Positions 1 through 12,702 of a stretch of 64,000 nucleotides of DNA are shown piece after piece. A program made the position numbers and the translations under genes. The first letter of the stretch is position 1. The number at the start of each line of letters is the position of its first letter. The notes under the pieces were generated by a model. The model saw only the letters and a list, made by a program, of their open reading frames with translations. It was not told the DNA's origin and did not search any database. The DNA comes from Novakomyces olei (Eukaryota): contig JADEYG010000012.1 of the NCBI GenBank assembly GCA_016906335.1, forward strand, positions 1,116,001-1,180,000, given 5' to 3'.

Positions 1-265
1 TTTTAGAAATTTCAAACATTCACACTGTTTTTGGCGGTCTGCGGCGATCATATTCCGTTCATTACCACTAATTACCTAATTGCAGCGTAGTATGTTCTGT
101 TCTATATTTTTGTTTATTTTTGTTTGTTTACTGTTGAATTTGATTTTCAATCAAAGTTTAATCGCCAATTCGGTACACTCCTCGCGATTTGTCCGTTTGC
201 TTTGTACAAGCCCATTCTCATCAGATCACAGCACAACTACTCAATTTATCAGCTACTAACAACAG

Positions 266-862
266 GACACGGGCAAATCTGGCATGCAGTCATACGCAAT
301 GATGCGCAGCAATTCCCAGTCGACGTATCTTGTGGACGATTTCGTTTTTGACGCGAGCGATATTCATTTAACCCGAGTTGAACTCGATCAGTATGCACGA
401 ATGTACGCTACCCAGCATGAAGCAGAAGTAGCAGAGCAAGTGGAAAAAGAAGGCCTCAAAGCACAAAATGCAGAAATGACAGCGCGACTGAAGAAGTTGG
501 AATTTGATTATTCTGCCCTCGATCGTGCACAGCTAGATATTACGGAAGCCTTTAGCCGAGGAAAGATGGAAGTGGCCCGCATCACAGAGCAGAATGAGAC
601 TCTACGTGAGGAAAATACAGATCTAAAACTGCGACTTAACTCTGTTCCGGACGAATTGGAACAAAAGTATAAAGGCCAACTGGCAGAATCAGCAGAGCAA
701 CGAGAGGCAGCTCTAGCAGATAAAACTGTACTTGAACTGCAGCTTGCTGGCATGGAGCAAGATCTGATAAGAGTAAAAATGGACTATGCTAACTTAAACG
801 ATACCCATGCGAAATTGGTTCATCGATGGCAAGATCTGCGGCGGCATATCGAGACGGACTGA
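266..862 (+). CDS. GYP5: Last exon of a Rab-GAP/TBC (Gyp5-like) protein, C-terminal coiled coil; 5' part lies outside the window
   Basis: Branch site TACTAAC and CAG acceptor end at 265, in frame with ORF 284-862. The tail (..KMDYANLNDTHAKLVHRWQDLRR) resembles fungal Gyp5 C-termini. Confidence 0.7.
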   Translation, partial: DTGKSGMQSYAMMRSNSQSTYLVDDFVFDASDIHLTRVELDQYARMYATQHEAEVAEQVEKEGLKAQNAEMTARLKKLEFDYSALDRAQLDITEAFSRGKMEVARITEQNETLREENTDLKLRLNSVPDELEQKYKGQLAESAEQREAALADKTVLELQLAGMEQDLIRVKMDYANLNDTHAKLVHRWQDLRRHIETD

Positions 863-1538
863 TACAATAGAAGTAGTTTTCATTTTCGTTTTATCTTTTT
901 TTTCTAGCTTAGAGTTGATATATATATATTTTTTATCGTACAATTCAATTCAGTTTGTACGTGTTTTATATTATTTTCTTTGTAATCTTGTATCAAGGCA
1001 ATACGGAACAATCTTTGAGCGGCCACTGACCAACACGATAATATTAATACGAAGTACTTTTCAATAATTAAAAGCATTTGTGTGTCGTGTCTTGTATTTG
1101 AATGGAGTTGTTCGTACAAGACTTTTAGGAGTAGTAGCATTTCGAGAAGCACTTGTTTTTAAATGTGCTACTTTACTGAAAGCGAGAAGAACACTTTAAT
1201 GTGCTTGCACATCGCGATTAGACGCAGAAAATTTACAATATCCACCCCACGAATCAATCCTAAAATAGTCTAAAATACATGACTTTGCGTTTATCTGCAT
1301 GAATGTATTTATCTATTTGTTCTTTATTCGAAATCAGCCTTCTTGACTGCCCAATCTACTCGGTCTAACGAAAAAAAAAAAAAAAAAAGCCAATTATTTA
1401 TTTACTGCTATGAAAATCGGTAATTAAATTAAAATGTTAAATTTTTAATTTTTGACGCGTTATAGTCTACCCGTCGTAATTTCAGGCATGATTGCAATCA
1501 TGGATCAATAAAAACAAAGGATAACATTTCGGCTTTTA

Positions 1539-1553
1539 TTAGGGTTAGGGTTT
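1539..1553 (+). promoter_or_regulatory. Telobox-like TTAGGGTTAGGGTTT upstream of the GGCT gene
   Basis: The same motif recurs in other promoters (8210, 43385, 48740). Confidence 0.5.
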
Positions 1554-1644
1554 TCTTATCTCGATAACGATTACCGTGTTTCAAGATCCGACTTTACATT
1601 CGCGCCGGAACCAGCCCGCGTTGCCGTCGACACGTGTCCGACCA

Positions 1645-2179
1645 ATGGCTCAGACAAACTGGTAGATTACCATAATTCTACAGTCATGTGCTTACAAAAC
1701 CCAGTTTATTCTTTTACGGCACATTGATGCACCCCGGGATTCTTGGTCGCGTAGTGCAGCACAACGGAAATGTTACAGTCCGCAGTGCAATCTTACAAGA
1801 TCACGTGCGACACCGAATACGAGGAGCAGACTATCCCGGCGTAGTGCCTCAATCAGACGGTAGAGTAAAAGGCACTTTGGCCTGTGGACTGGACGATTTT
1901 CAAATACAGCGATTAGACGCGTTTGAGGGCGACGAATACGAGCGGAGGGCCGTGAGTGTCGAATTGGAGGACGGCAAGACAGCAGAGTGTCAAGTGTATA
2001 TTTATATTCGAGGCCAAGAGACATTGGACCCCGTAGAGTGGGATTTTGAAGAGTTTGTGCGGGATAAACTGGGTAACTGGATCGGTAACGCTGATCAGTA
2101 TGCCGACGTGGATAAAGTGACAAACGGGGATGGCATTGATCCTACCGGCGGCCGGGCGAATTTGTTAGGAGATTGTTGA
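1645..2179 (+). CDS. Gamma-glutamylcyclotransferase / AIG2-like protein; intron 1662-1704
   Basis: Spliced start MAQTNC-LFFYGTLM; motifs YPG and LDAFEGDEYER. Confidence 0.85.
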
Positions 2180-2404
2180 TAGAGCTGATTGTCTGTAAAT
2201 AGTAAATAGTAAATCGTAAATAGTAAATAGTAAATAATAATTAATCAATAATAAACAGTTTATTTATTTATTAATTTAATTAAACCTAATTTTACCACAG
2301 TACTACGCCTAAAAATGTATCCGACGCACACAAAAACTTTAGAAATACACGCTTAATTACCGCAAACTCCCTGGTCTTTACATACCTACTATTCATTATA
2401 CTAT

Positions 2405-3994
2405 CTACTCCTCGTGGTACTTTCCCAGTCTGTCACACCACCTCTCTGCTCGCTGCAATGTATCGCCCACAATCACGGTAACACCCTCTAGCATCATCAA
2501 ACTCTCCTGAGCCAATTTAGAGACCCTAGAGATCGCGATTGCATTCCCGTCTTCAGAAGAGGAGGTGTTATTATTATTGAAATTGTTAGAACTCGTGTTA
2601 TTGCCCTCTGCTTCTTCAGCAACTGCTCTTTGCTGCCACCGAGAAGGAAGCGCTAAAATGTACTCTCTCACATGAGATCGAGCAGGTTCCGGTAGAGAGC
2701 CTGCGGTATAGGTAGAAACAATGTCTACCACACTGCGAATAGTTTTCACCATATCCGCGCGGATCTCAGAGAGTCGAACAGCTATGTCGACTACGACATT
2801 GTCCCGCTGACGAGATCGATGTTGCTCTTCTTGTTGATTCAACATGGCCCCCAAAGCGTTCAGCAGAGCAGCAATATTGCCATTAGCCCACTGCAGCCAG
2901 TGTAGGGCGTACCGCAGGGACTTCAAAGATTCTTCAGACATTGCTATGCCAAAGGAGCCGGCTCCGGCTAGCACATTGTGCCACCGTGAGGGGGCAACTA
3001 GTTGACCATCTTCGCGGGTAAAGCGACGTTCAATCTGGGAAATCAGTATGGGATGAATAAAAAGAATAGATAAATAGATAAAAATATATTAAAAAAAAAA
3101 TAAAACCCTTGGTAGAGAGAACAGTGTTGTAAGGAGATCTTGGCCTCAAAAATATAAGGGTCTAGATAAAATTGATCGTGTAAATAAATGGAAGCAAAAC
3201 AGAGAAACTCAATAACGGGAGCCAAAACGATAAATCACAATCATGGTCTGCTTCTCACACCATAATGGCAGAGACGTTGACTCTTCATGCCTCAAAGGAG
3301 GGATGAAAAATGAAGAAGAAAAAAAACGATCAGCAAAGATTACCTTATCAAGCTGTCTGCAAGCAAAAGAGTCAAATGGCTCAAACCGTTTCACCATCGG
3401 CCTTGCCATAGTCTCCATCACTTGAGCACCGTACCGAAACCCTCTAGAATAAGATTTCCCATTCTCGTAAGCTTGAAGAGCAGAATTGAAGAAAGGATAA
3501 TGCGACACACGGTCAAGAAACTGTGGCTGCCCGTCTGCGATTAGAGTTAGCATTAGAATATTGCTCAAAGTTTTGTTTATTTTAATATAGTATTCATTGC
3601 CATATTATTATTCGTCATCTATTGCCAGCAGCACCCCATTCTTTCCCACTAGTTTTCTTTTACTTTTCAATTCATATAGCAAATTTTTCTCTCTTAACGT
3701 TTCGGGTCCCTTTGGTTTCTTACCTCGACGCAACGTCTCGAGTGCCTCTGCTGCGAGACGTACATTTTCGGCTTCAGCAGAATTTGGCTCTGTCTCCATC
3801 TCAGAGTCCATCAAGCCTGCATTTTGCTGTGGAAAAGCTGCCGCTGCTTCTGATTCAGCAGCTGCAGCGCGCGCGAGAATCTGCATATGTTCTCCGTTGC
3901 CGTCATTTTCTGCTACTAACGATTGTATCGTCAGCACATGAGCTCCCGATCGCGGCGCGGACGTGGCCGTCGCCGAGCCAATAGAGGCGCTCAT
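2405..3994 (-). CDS. OPI1: Opi1-family transcriptional repressor (363 aa); introns 3535-3723 and 3035-3343
   Basis: AAEALETLR, FLDRVSHYP..YENGKSYSRGFRYGA, FACRQLDK, MSEESLKSLRYALHWL and YTAGSLPEPARSHVREYILALPSRW are Opi1 blocks. Splice signals are canonical and frame is preserved. Confidence 0.88.
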
Positions 3995-4685
3995 CAAGCA
4001 CTACTTGTTTAAGCGCAGTTTTATTTGACTTGACGACTCTTTAGCGCCGTTGAGAGACTGCAATAGTCATTGATCGGTTAGTGAAAACGGCAATTCATGT
4101 GATTATGTTATTTATTGCCTCGATTTAAAGCGTAGAAAATAAAACGCAGAGTTATATATAAGCGCTGGAGAAATATGATAAAAATACGGTACACCAGGAT
4201 CGCCTATATAAATTTAAAGTAAGAAAAGGGCAATGCTGCAGGCTTTTTATTGCGGCTTTTTAATGCGGTAATTTTAAGCTGCAGTCCGGATTTTATACGT
4301 TTTATATTATAGTAAATTCATTACGTACCGCATTCGGAGGGCGACTATTGATTGTGTCTGCTGTCTCGTCCAAATCGTCTACAAAGTTTGGCGCTAAATC
4401 ACGCACGCGTACTGTTGATGTACCATTTTGCCTCAATATTACATCGTTAGACTATGGATATACTAACTTTCTTTTTTGCGCTGCCGATAGTCCCGCACTG
4501 CTGTCCATAATATTGCAATCTTGTCGTACCTAAAAACTGACAGCAAACTAATTTTCTAATAAATATAATAAATATAATAAATATAATAAATATAATAAAT
4601 AATCTCTAATAATTTTCTACTATAATAATTTCGCTATATAATTATAATCACAGGCACGACAAACTGCTCCGGCAAAGTAACACCA

Positions 4686-6350
4686 ATGGTCAGCCTGCGC
4701 AGTGTGCGCGCGGCCACACTTTGCTGGCGGTGTGTGCCGCGCGTCAAATTTCAGCCTAAATCGGCCTGCTCCAATATGGCACCTTTAAAGTCTGCATTTT
4801 ACCGTTTTTCTTCCACCACGGACGTACCTGAACGGCAACAAGAAAAAAGCGCAAATGGCATTTTAACAGAAACGCAATTAGCATCGATACTACGAGTCGC
4901 CGGCGACTCGTATTACGGAAGGCAATTGCAATTGTTCAATCAGAATGGCACACGGAAAATTTTATTTTCAAGGCCAAATGCTCAAGACACTACGATCCAC
5001 GACGTTGTCACTGCACTTATATTGGATCCATTCACGTCGGATACGAGTGCAGCAGAGAAAGTACGGCAGAGACTCCAGTTTGCCGAATCTAAATCCCACA
5101 TTTTCGATACGCTTATAGTTAGATGGGGCCCAGTAGCGGAACTGAAAACCCATATCGACGGACACCCAACGCTGGAGCTGCCGATACCTTTTCTACGGGA
5201 CATTGAGCTACACGAACAGTTTCAGGGCGCAGTTTCCGGAGAAGAATTCGTTCTGTCGAGTGCAGAGTACACGCTGAATATTGTTGCTTGTGCTAATGTG
5301 GCTTCAGCTTTGCAAGTGTACCGGGAAAAGCCGAAAAACTATCTCGTTCTGGCCAACCTGCCCTCTGCATTTCACGCTCAGCCGGCGCTAGTGCCAAGCA
5401 CAAATTTTGTCCTGGTAGAACCAGCCGCTGCTGTTGAGGCAGTGGAAACACTGAGGCAATCGCCAGGGCGAGTAAGGGTTTACGAAGAGCTTTGGGACAA
5501 TAGTAAAATGGCGATTGTGCGCCAGGCAGTCATAGCCAGTAGCACAGTCCAGTTCAATCGGTTTTTAACCGCTTTACAAAGGTGGATAGTACAGAATGCG
5601 CCGTCACGGTCTGCTTTAAAGGCACAGGAGCATGTTGTTGATATACGAACACGACAGATTGTGAATCTGCGAGATTCAGGGTCAAGGGAATTGGAAGCGC
5701 TGGAGCAAGAGTTCCCCGCTCTATGGGTAACCCTGTCCCCATTGCAGTTGTATTTCAAGGCAGACGATGTATCCGTCGTGCTGGTACAATTTCTAAAAAA
5801 TTATTTAAAGAGTACAGAGCGCGCTATTATCTTTCGCGATGGCTTTTTAAGCGCTGAACAAAAAGACCAGCGCCCCGTTGATTGGACATCTTCACATGTC
5901 GCCGATTCACGTGACCGGCTTGAGAGTGTACTGGTGCCGGCAATGCATAGGGAATCACAGAATTTACTTGTTCGTGCTCTCTCTATACAGGCAGCCTCTG
6001 TCCTGGCCACTGCAGCGTCATACTACTTTTTGGACACGCCTATATACAGTGCTGGTGCCATTGCTGCCCTTGGCGTTGCCGGCGGGATTTGGTATTTGCA
6101 ACGATACTGGCGACAAGCACAGGGCATGTTTGAGGCTGCTGTCAGGCGAGAAGGCCGGCGTGTAGTCCAACACATCGCCTACTTGATGTATGAGGGCATG
6201 CGTGTCCCTGCTGGAGCCGTGGGAGTTTATGATCAGATGAAGATTAGTGTTCGTGACCGGGTTGACGCGGCAACCGTTGTCGACAAAGCGCAGGGAGACC
6301 TTACGCGGAGGATAAAGGCCGAGCCTCGTACGGACGATACCGTAGTGTAG
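4686..6350 (+). CDS. MMC1: Mmc1-like mitochondrial membrane protein
   Basis: Arg-rich presequence-like N-terminus. C-terminal YSAGAIAALG..LQRYW..FEAAVRREGR with two hydrophobic segments resembles the Mmc1 C-terminal domain. Confidence 0.65.
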   Translation: MVSLRSVRAATLCWRCVPRVKFQPKSACSNMAPLKSAFYRFSSTTDVPERQQEKSANGILTETQLASILRVAGDSYYGRQLQLFNQNGTRKILFSRPNAQDTTIHDVVTALILDPFTSDTSAAEKVRQRLQFAESKSHIFDTLIVRWGPVAELKTHIDGHPTLELPIPFLRDIELHEQFQGAVSGEEFVLSSAEYTLNIVACANVASALQVYREKPKNYLVLANLPSAFHAQPALVPSTNFVLVEPAAAVEAVETLRQSPGRVRVYEELWDNSKMAIVRQAVIASSTVQFNRFLTALQRWIVQNAPSRSALKAQEHVVDIRTRQIVNLRDSGSRELEALEQEFPALWVTLSPLQLYFKADDVSVVLVQFLKNYLKSTERAIIFRDGFLSAEQKDQRPVDWTSSHVADSRDRLESVLVPAMHRESQNLLVRALSIQAASVLATAASYYFLDTPIYSAGAIAALGVAGGIWYLQRYWRQAQGMFEAAVRREGRRVVQHIAYLMYEGMRVPAGAVGVYDQMKISVRDRVDAATVVDKAQGDLTRRIKAEPRTDDTVV

Positions 6351-7068
6351 AAAGCTGATTATATATAATAAAAAATGCATAGAACACTTGCACGCAACTA
6401 AATTTACCTGTGCCTAAGCAGCAATCTTAAATAGCTGTCGTATATACATAACGTAGATTCTCAGCACCGTCGGCGCGTCTTTGCTTAATCAATATTCTGT
6501 TAATAGATTAGAGTCTCTCTAAATTGTGCTGTAAATGCTTCTCAAGGAGGTGATTGCCGGACGTTTCACGTGCTACACTCAAAGAAATTACCATCCCCCC
6601 AAACTCAGACTATTCTTTTCTTTCGAAACTCTAAACAAACAAATTGGTTAAAAGCGTTCTATTCTTCATTGAATGATTTTGTGTCGTATAAGCCGCGTGT
6701 GCATATACAAATGCTCAGAATCTATTTAACAATATTTACATTAATAATTTTAACATAATTAATAATTAATAATTAATAATTAATAATTAATAACGGATCA
6801 TTATATTATATTATATTATATTATAATGTTATATTATAATAAAACAAAAATAAAATAAAATAAAACAAAATGTGATAAAACATCTTGTACTATACGATCC
6901 CACTTTCTAGCGTGGGAGACGCGGTCGATTAACATTACTCGAAATCGACTAGTTCCGCGTGATTCGGCGCTAATATTGATACGTCATTGATTACAAATAT
7001 ACCGCTGCCGAGAGATTATAAGAGCCATAGTCGTCAAAATCATAGTGTATCAATCCATCAACAGAGCA

Positions 7069-8130
7069 ATGTACGCAATTTCAGACTTGTTTTCTGTCAA
7101 AGACCTTGTCGTGGTCATTTCAGGCGCTGGATCAGGCCTCGGCGCTATTATTGCCCATGCGTTGGATGTAAGGCCTTTTGCTATTCAAAGACATACGTTT
7201 TATCGCGGAGCGAATAAACGCATTTATTTCAATTATTATTTGTTTCAATACTTTTTCCCGTGCGTTTTCAGTATTTGGTTAATTGTAAAATCTGGTATCA
7301 CGGTCCGTTTTTTATTGATTATTTAATATTCGGTCAAATGATTAATCGTACAGCAAAATGGCGCTAAAGCAGTGTACATTCTCGGCCGTCGGGAAGACGC
7401 CCTTGAGCGGACGTTGAAAGGCGGTAAAAACGGATCGATCAAGGCGATTGTGGCAGATGTCACGTCGAGTGAATCGCTTAAAAAAGCGGCGGACAAGGTA
7501 CGTGAAGAGCAAGGATACGTGGATGCTTTACTAGCGAATTCCGGGGTAATTGGTCCCAATACGAGCACGCTTTTTGCAAACGGCCGTGTCCCAGAAATTT
7601 CTGAGCTGCAGAACGTTTTCTTCAATGTGCTACAAGAAGATTTTAATCAAGCTTTCCGAGTAAATGTTACTGGAGCATTTTACACGGCAATGGCTTTTCT
7701 CGATCTTTTGGACGCCTCTAATAAACGCGACAAGACTCATCCTCGCAGTCAAATTATTGTGACATCGTCAATTGCTGGATTTTCACGAGTTCCAGCTGCC
7801 GGCTTGGCTTACAGCTTAAGCAAAGCGGCGGCCACTCACATGGTCAAAGTCCTTTCTTCTATTCTGGGGCCCTATAAAGTACGTTGCAATGGAATTGCTC
7901 CAGGCCTCTATCCCAGCGAAATGACAGCTGATATGGGTCCAATGAAGGAGCGTAATCCACGCCTAGAAGGGGGCCTGCCAGCTAAGATTTGCCCGTTAGA
8001 GAGAAGTGGAACAGAGCAAGATATGGCTGGTACTGCACTTTATTTGCTCAGCACCGCTGGCTCGTATTGCAATGGTACTATTGCACTTACGGATGGTGGC
8101 CGTACCGGTGCCTTGCCGTCGACTTATTAG
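7069..8130 (+). CDS. Short-chain dehydrogenase/reductase; intron 7168-7353
   Basis: SGAGSGLG Rossmann motif, ANSG, YSLSK catalytic motif, NGIAPG and DGG. Confidence 0.9.
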
Positions 8131-8378
8131 GCGCAAATGTATGGTTTAAACTGACGTAGAACGGTTGATGATATTAAGATTTGCAGAGCTTAGAAGACTA
8201 TTAAATTGATTAGGGTTTCGACTAGTCAGTTAGCAGCCAAGTGCAACAATATTTGTGTATTTATTGTGTATTTATTGTGTATTGTCTATTATTGTCTATT
8301 ATTGTCTATATACACGGCCCCCGTGATAATATCTTTGAGGATAATAATAGCAGAATAAATCGGAATCGTCCCCCGCCA

Positions 8379-8872
8379 ATGGACTTGGCGCAGATCCCAT
8401 TGGCAAAGTCACCAGCGGTGATACTGCCGCAGGCGGTAACTCTTCCATACTCGTTTGTACAGCTGCCGCTGTCAGTAGAAGCTCTTGTAAGAACCCCTCT
8501 GCCCGCCACAGCATTATTAACCGTCAGCCAGCGACAGCAGTGCCGGACGTGGAGACACTGACATCACAGTCAGCGGCAAAACTAAAAGCGCTCCGAGATA
8601 CGCGGCAGCAGAGCGTTAATGCGATTGCCTTGTTTCAGCAGAAATGTAAAGAGCGGAGGCATATTCGTGCAGTGACGATTGCACCAGGCTACCTCGACAG
8701 CGGACAGCATATATTAACACCAACGGCTGCTGCTTCTATGAGGACGCGTACGGAAAATGCTGCAGCCGATACAGACACTTTGGTGGGCAGTGGAGCCGCC
8801 CTGCACGATGAAGAGCCGCACGTGACTGAAGTAGACCGCGCTTTTTCCCGGTTTATGGTGCGCGAAGGGTAA
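8379..8872 (+). CDS. Small uncharacterised fungal protein (150 aa); intron 8487-8527
   Basis: A 41-nt GTAAGA..TTAAC..CAG intron joins MDLAQIPLAKSPAVILPQAV to the ORF containing IAPGYLD. Confidence 0.7.
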
Positions 8873-8880
8873 CCGCCTTT

Positions 8881-9080
8881 TACTATAGGGCTTTGACTAT
8901 ATGGCTTTGACTATATGGCTTTTACTATATGGCTTTTACTATATGGCTTTGACTATATGGCTTTGACTATATGGCTTTGACTATATGGCTTTGACTACAT
9001 GGCTTTGACTACATGGCTTTGACTACATGGCTTTGCCTATAGACTTTACCTATAGACTTTGACTATAGACCTTGACTATA
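8881..9080 (+). repeat. 14-bp minisatellite (GACTATATGGCTTT-like): 11 units plus three 13-bp variants
   Basis: Directly visible tandem units starting 9 nt after the stop codon at 8872. Confidence 0.95.
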
Positions 9081-9371
9081 TGATTGCTAAATATTGTCTA
9101 TTACTCTGCACCGCTGCCGAGGGACACTTGGGAAAATTAGTCTGGGCCTCCGAAACGGCCGCCACGTGAATGGGCATTTGCCCATAGTGGATACACCAAA
9201 TTGTATAAAACTATAAAATAAAAAATTGTAAAATGATAAGATTGCAAAATGATAAGATTGTAAAAGATTATAATTATGATATTATAAAACAGTACAAGAC
9301 TAAATAAATTAAAAATAGGTATATAGAGAGATTTATTTTTGTCGCCCACCGTCTCCAGAACTAAAGACAAA

Positions 9372-9844
9372 ATGCCTCGTCAGGGTGAGGCTTCCGTTAT
9401 TGAAGCTGTGATTATATGTCTCGCGGCGCTCGTGTTTCCGCCGCTCGCGGGTAAGTTGTGATTGCCGATTTGATTACTCTAACAGCCGCAGTCGGAATCA
9501 CGGACGGATGTGGTGGGCACATGGCGCTAAACATACTTTTGTGTTTTTTGTTCTTTTTCCCGGCAACGTGCCACGCTCTTTACCTCGCGTACCGATACTA
9601 CAAGCGCAAGGAAGTTGAAGAAGCCGCTTATGATTACCCGGGGCCCTACCACGGACCTTACCAGGGGTCTTACCAGGGGCCTTACCCAGGACCGCACCAT
9701 GGGCCTTACCAGGGGCCTTACCAGGAGCAGCCGGTAAACCAGGCCCAGTACCAGGAGCCGCCGGCTGCTAATAACGCACCCTTTGCCGTGGCGAATAGTG
9801 GATCCTCGGGCCCGGCTGATTATGGTGCTACAAAGGGACAGTAA
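9372..9844 (+). CDS. Pmp3/Sna-family proteolipid with a GPYQ-repeat tail; intron 9451-9491
   Basis: ALVFPPLAVGITDGCG..LNILLCFLFFFPATCHALY is the two-TM Pmp3 signature. Confidence 0.85.
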
Positions 9845-10257
9845 ATTGGACTCGCCTCGTTTTACGAATCACGAATATCTATTGCATTACGTCTCTTATT
9901 CACCCTGGTTGGCTCTTTTCATTTCTTTTTTACTGGCGTTGTTTACCTATCTGGCAGTTAGCATTTGATGCATTTCATACTGCGTGTTGGTTATATGTCT
10001 TGGAGTGGCGGTTGTTGTTTTTTTTATTTTAATTTGGGTTTAGGTCTAGGTTTAGGTTTATTCATTTATTGTTTATTTTTAAAATTTAAAACAAGATGCT
10101 TAAGATTATTACAGTAATTAAAACAAGTGTCAGACCTACAGTACTTTAATAAAGTGTTTAAAAGTGTGAAAACGTACAATCAATATCGTCATAAAATGCT
10201 GGTATTACACTGAAGGGATTACCCTATCACTAGTTCTATCACAGTCACCTGTTTCTA

Positions 10258-11696
10258 TCATAAATCGTCCCAGTCGTCAATATTCTGGTCACCATTATCC
10301 TGTGGCATTTCCCACCAAGGCCGATCGTCTTGTTCTGTCCATTGGTCTTGGGTATTTGCAGAGTTTTGTGTGTCATCAGGAGCAAAGGGGTCACCAAACG
10401 GATCACTCCCGACAAATCCAGTATCTGTATTAGACCCAGGCTGACCAGGCTGACCAGGCTGGACTGGAGTTTGGTTGTCGACAGAGCCTTGGTCAGATGC
10501 TTGTTCAGGTTGCTGCTCGGCCGGGTCTGCTGCCGGCTCGCCCATACCAAAGGGAAAGAGTATGGGAAACGGAAAAAGCCCTCCATGGCCAGCACTAGAA
10601 AGTTTGGAGAAATAATCAAAATCTATCGATACAGCTGCTGCTAGCATAACGGCACGCTCATCAAGGGAAAGGCTGCTTTGCGCCTGCTGAGAATCGCCTT
10701 CCATGCGCAGTACATAGTTCCCCGTATCCGTAAAGATTTCCCTAGCAAACCCCGAAAAGTTTCTGTTCACTGATCCAATAACGACACCCTGATCGTTTCG
10801 GAGTGTAAAATTCCACGATAAAAAGGGCTCATCAACTACACCAAATTGCGTCATTTCATCCTGAGCCGAGTCGTAAATAAATAGTTCGTACCGCCGTCTC
10901 CAGGGGTGCCATTTTTGTTGCACTAGGCCAATCATTTTGTCGGCATTGTATATATAAATCTTGGAGTTTATTAACTGAAACGGCCGTTCAATACGGAGGA
11001 CTTCTGTTCCGTTTGCATCAAAGACATGCATACTAAACTGCCGGTGAGTCCGTAATAATTGCCTGCCCAGCATTCGCGCCATACTATTCTCTCCAGCCTC
11101 TGCCATGTATGCGAGTGGTTCGCCTGCCGGTCCTGTAATTGCATACTTGTTTGCCTGTTCAAAGCCCTGACGATTTAGCAAGTTGGCCAAAAGATGTGAT
11201 AGAAAAGAGCATTAAAAGAAGGACTAAAAAGAAGGATTAAAAAGAAGGATTAAAAGAGGAGACCATTAGAAAGGAGAGCAATAAAAAGAGAGCAAAAGAG
11301 AGAGCAAAAGAAAGAGCAAAGACAATAAAACAAAAATGCAACATAATAAAATAAAACAAATTAAAAATTAATACAAAATAATTCATAGTCTAAACAAATG
11401 TAGACGCCAGAAGTGACTACCGACACACTTGCCATCCGCAAATTGTTCAAACTTACCAGCATTATATTCATAGGCTCTAGTTGGCGTTCTACCACGAGCG
11501 CTGGCTGTGAGAGTGCCGGCGTCAGTGGATGGCTCTGTTTCAATACGGCACCACTGCGTACCGTGGTGCTTATTTGCTCTGGCGGTAATACGCGCGTTGG
11601 TCTTCTTATATGCGCCTTTGGCCATTGTCTAAGCCCTCGACGACAAGTTGCAAAGGCTGCAAATGGCAGCTGTCGCTGGCGCGAAATGGCAAACAT
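10258..11696 (-). CDS. AIM25: Phospholipid scramblase-family mitochondrial protein (Aim25-like); intron 11167-11456
   Basis: LVVERQLEPMNIML|GFEQANKY, WHPWRRRYELF and ERAVMLAAAVSIDFDYFS; presequence-like N-terminus. Confidence 0.88.
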
Positions 11697-12251
11697 GCTG
11701 AGCGCGATAAGGCTGCCGATCTCTTGTCGCGAACCTGAAATACGGCTACGTAATATTAATACTTTTAATACTACAGAATTTGTATATATAGTAGGAAAAC
11801 TGAGCTAGAGAGATGGAGAATAAATAAATAAAATAAAACGTTGGTATCGATAACAATATCGGCTTTTGATGGAGAGTAAATTAAATTAGTCTATTCAGAT
11901 TCGTATCAATTGCTATAATAATAATAGTGTAGTTATAATATTAGTCTATTTATCAAAATAATAATCTAATTACAATTATAATAATCAGTCTCCTTTCATA
12001 ATTAAATACTCCAATGAATCTTCATCCAAGTCGGAAAGAAATTGCTCATATAATCTACAAGATATGCTACCTATAAACATTGCTTTTCCACATCATGTAA
12101 ACCCTGCAATAATGCGTATATGCTCGACATGTACAATCGGGTATATTCCTCCTCGTTCTCACCCATGATTGCCATGTAGGAAACTTCTTTTGTTTTTGTT
12201 TTTTTTTTCATTTTCATTTTCCTCTTCAATTTCTTTCACTTCTTCCTTCAA

Positions 12252-12669
12252 TCAAGATGCAAGTAGCTGCTGCTCCTGAACAATATCCTGCTCAGTAATC
12301 CCACTTTTCTTGCACATGGAGGCAAACATGTTATCCTGCTGACGGTACAGTTCCAAAGGAGGACCGTAGGCCACTGCCTTCCCATCGGCCATTACCAGAA
12401 TCTTATCGTAGCCGATAATCGTCCGTAATCGATGAGCAATACAAAGTAACGTCGTATTACGAAATTCGTTGCGTATAGTCGACTGGATGCGAGCGTCCGT
12501 ATCAAAATCAACAGACGAAGTCGCCTCATCCAGCACTAGAATTCGGGCATTACGAAGTAAAGCTCGCGCAAGTGCCAGCAACTGCCTTTGCCCGAGACTG
12601 AAATTGCTCCCTTCGTCATCGACAGGCGAGTCGAGAACAAGACGCGTTTGGGGTTGTTTTTTCTCCATT

Positions 12670-12702
<33 letters not shown>

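Noticed and set aside
1371-1388. Poly(A) tract as a retroposon tail
   Set aside because: No target-site duplication or recognisable element upstream; likely a promoter poly(dA:dT) tract.
8881-9080. CRISPR-like repeat array
   Set aside because: Units are contiguous with no unique spacers, there are no cas genes, and the context is eukaryotic.
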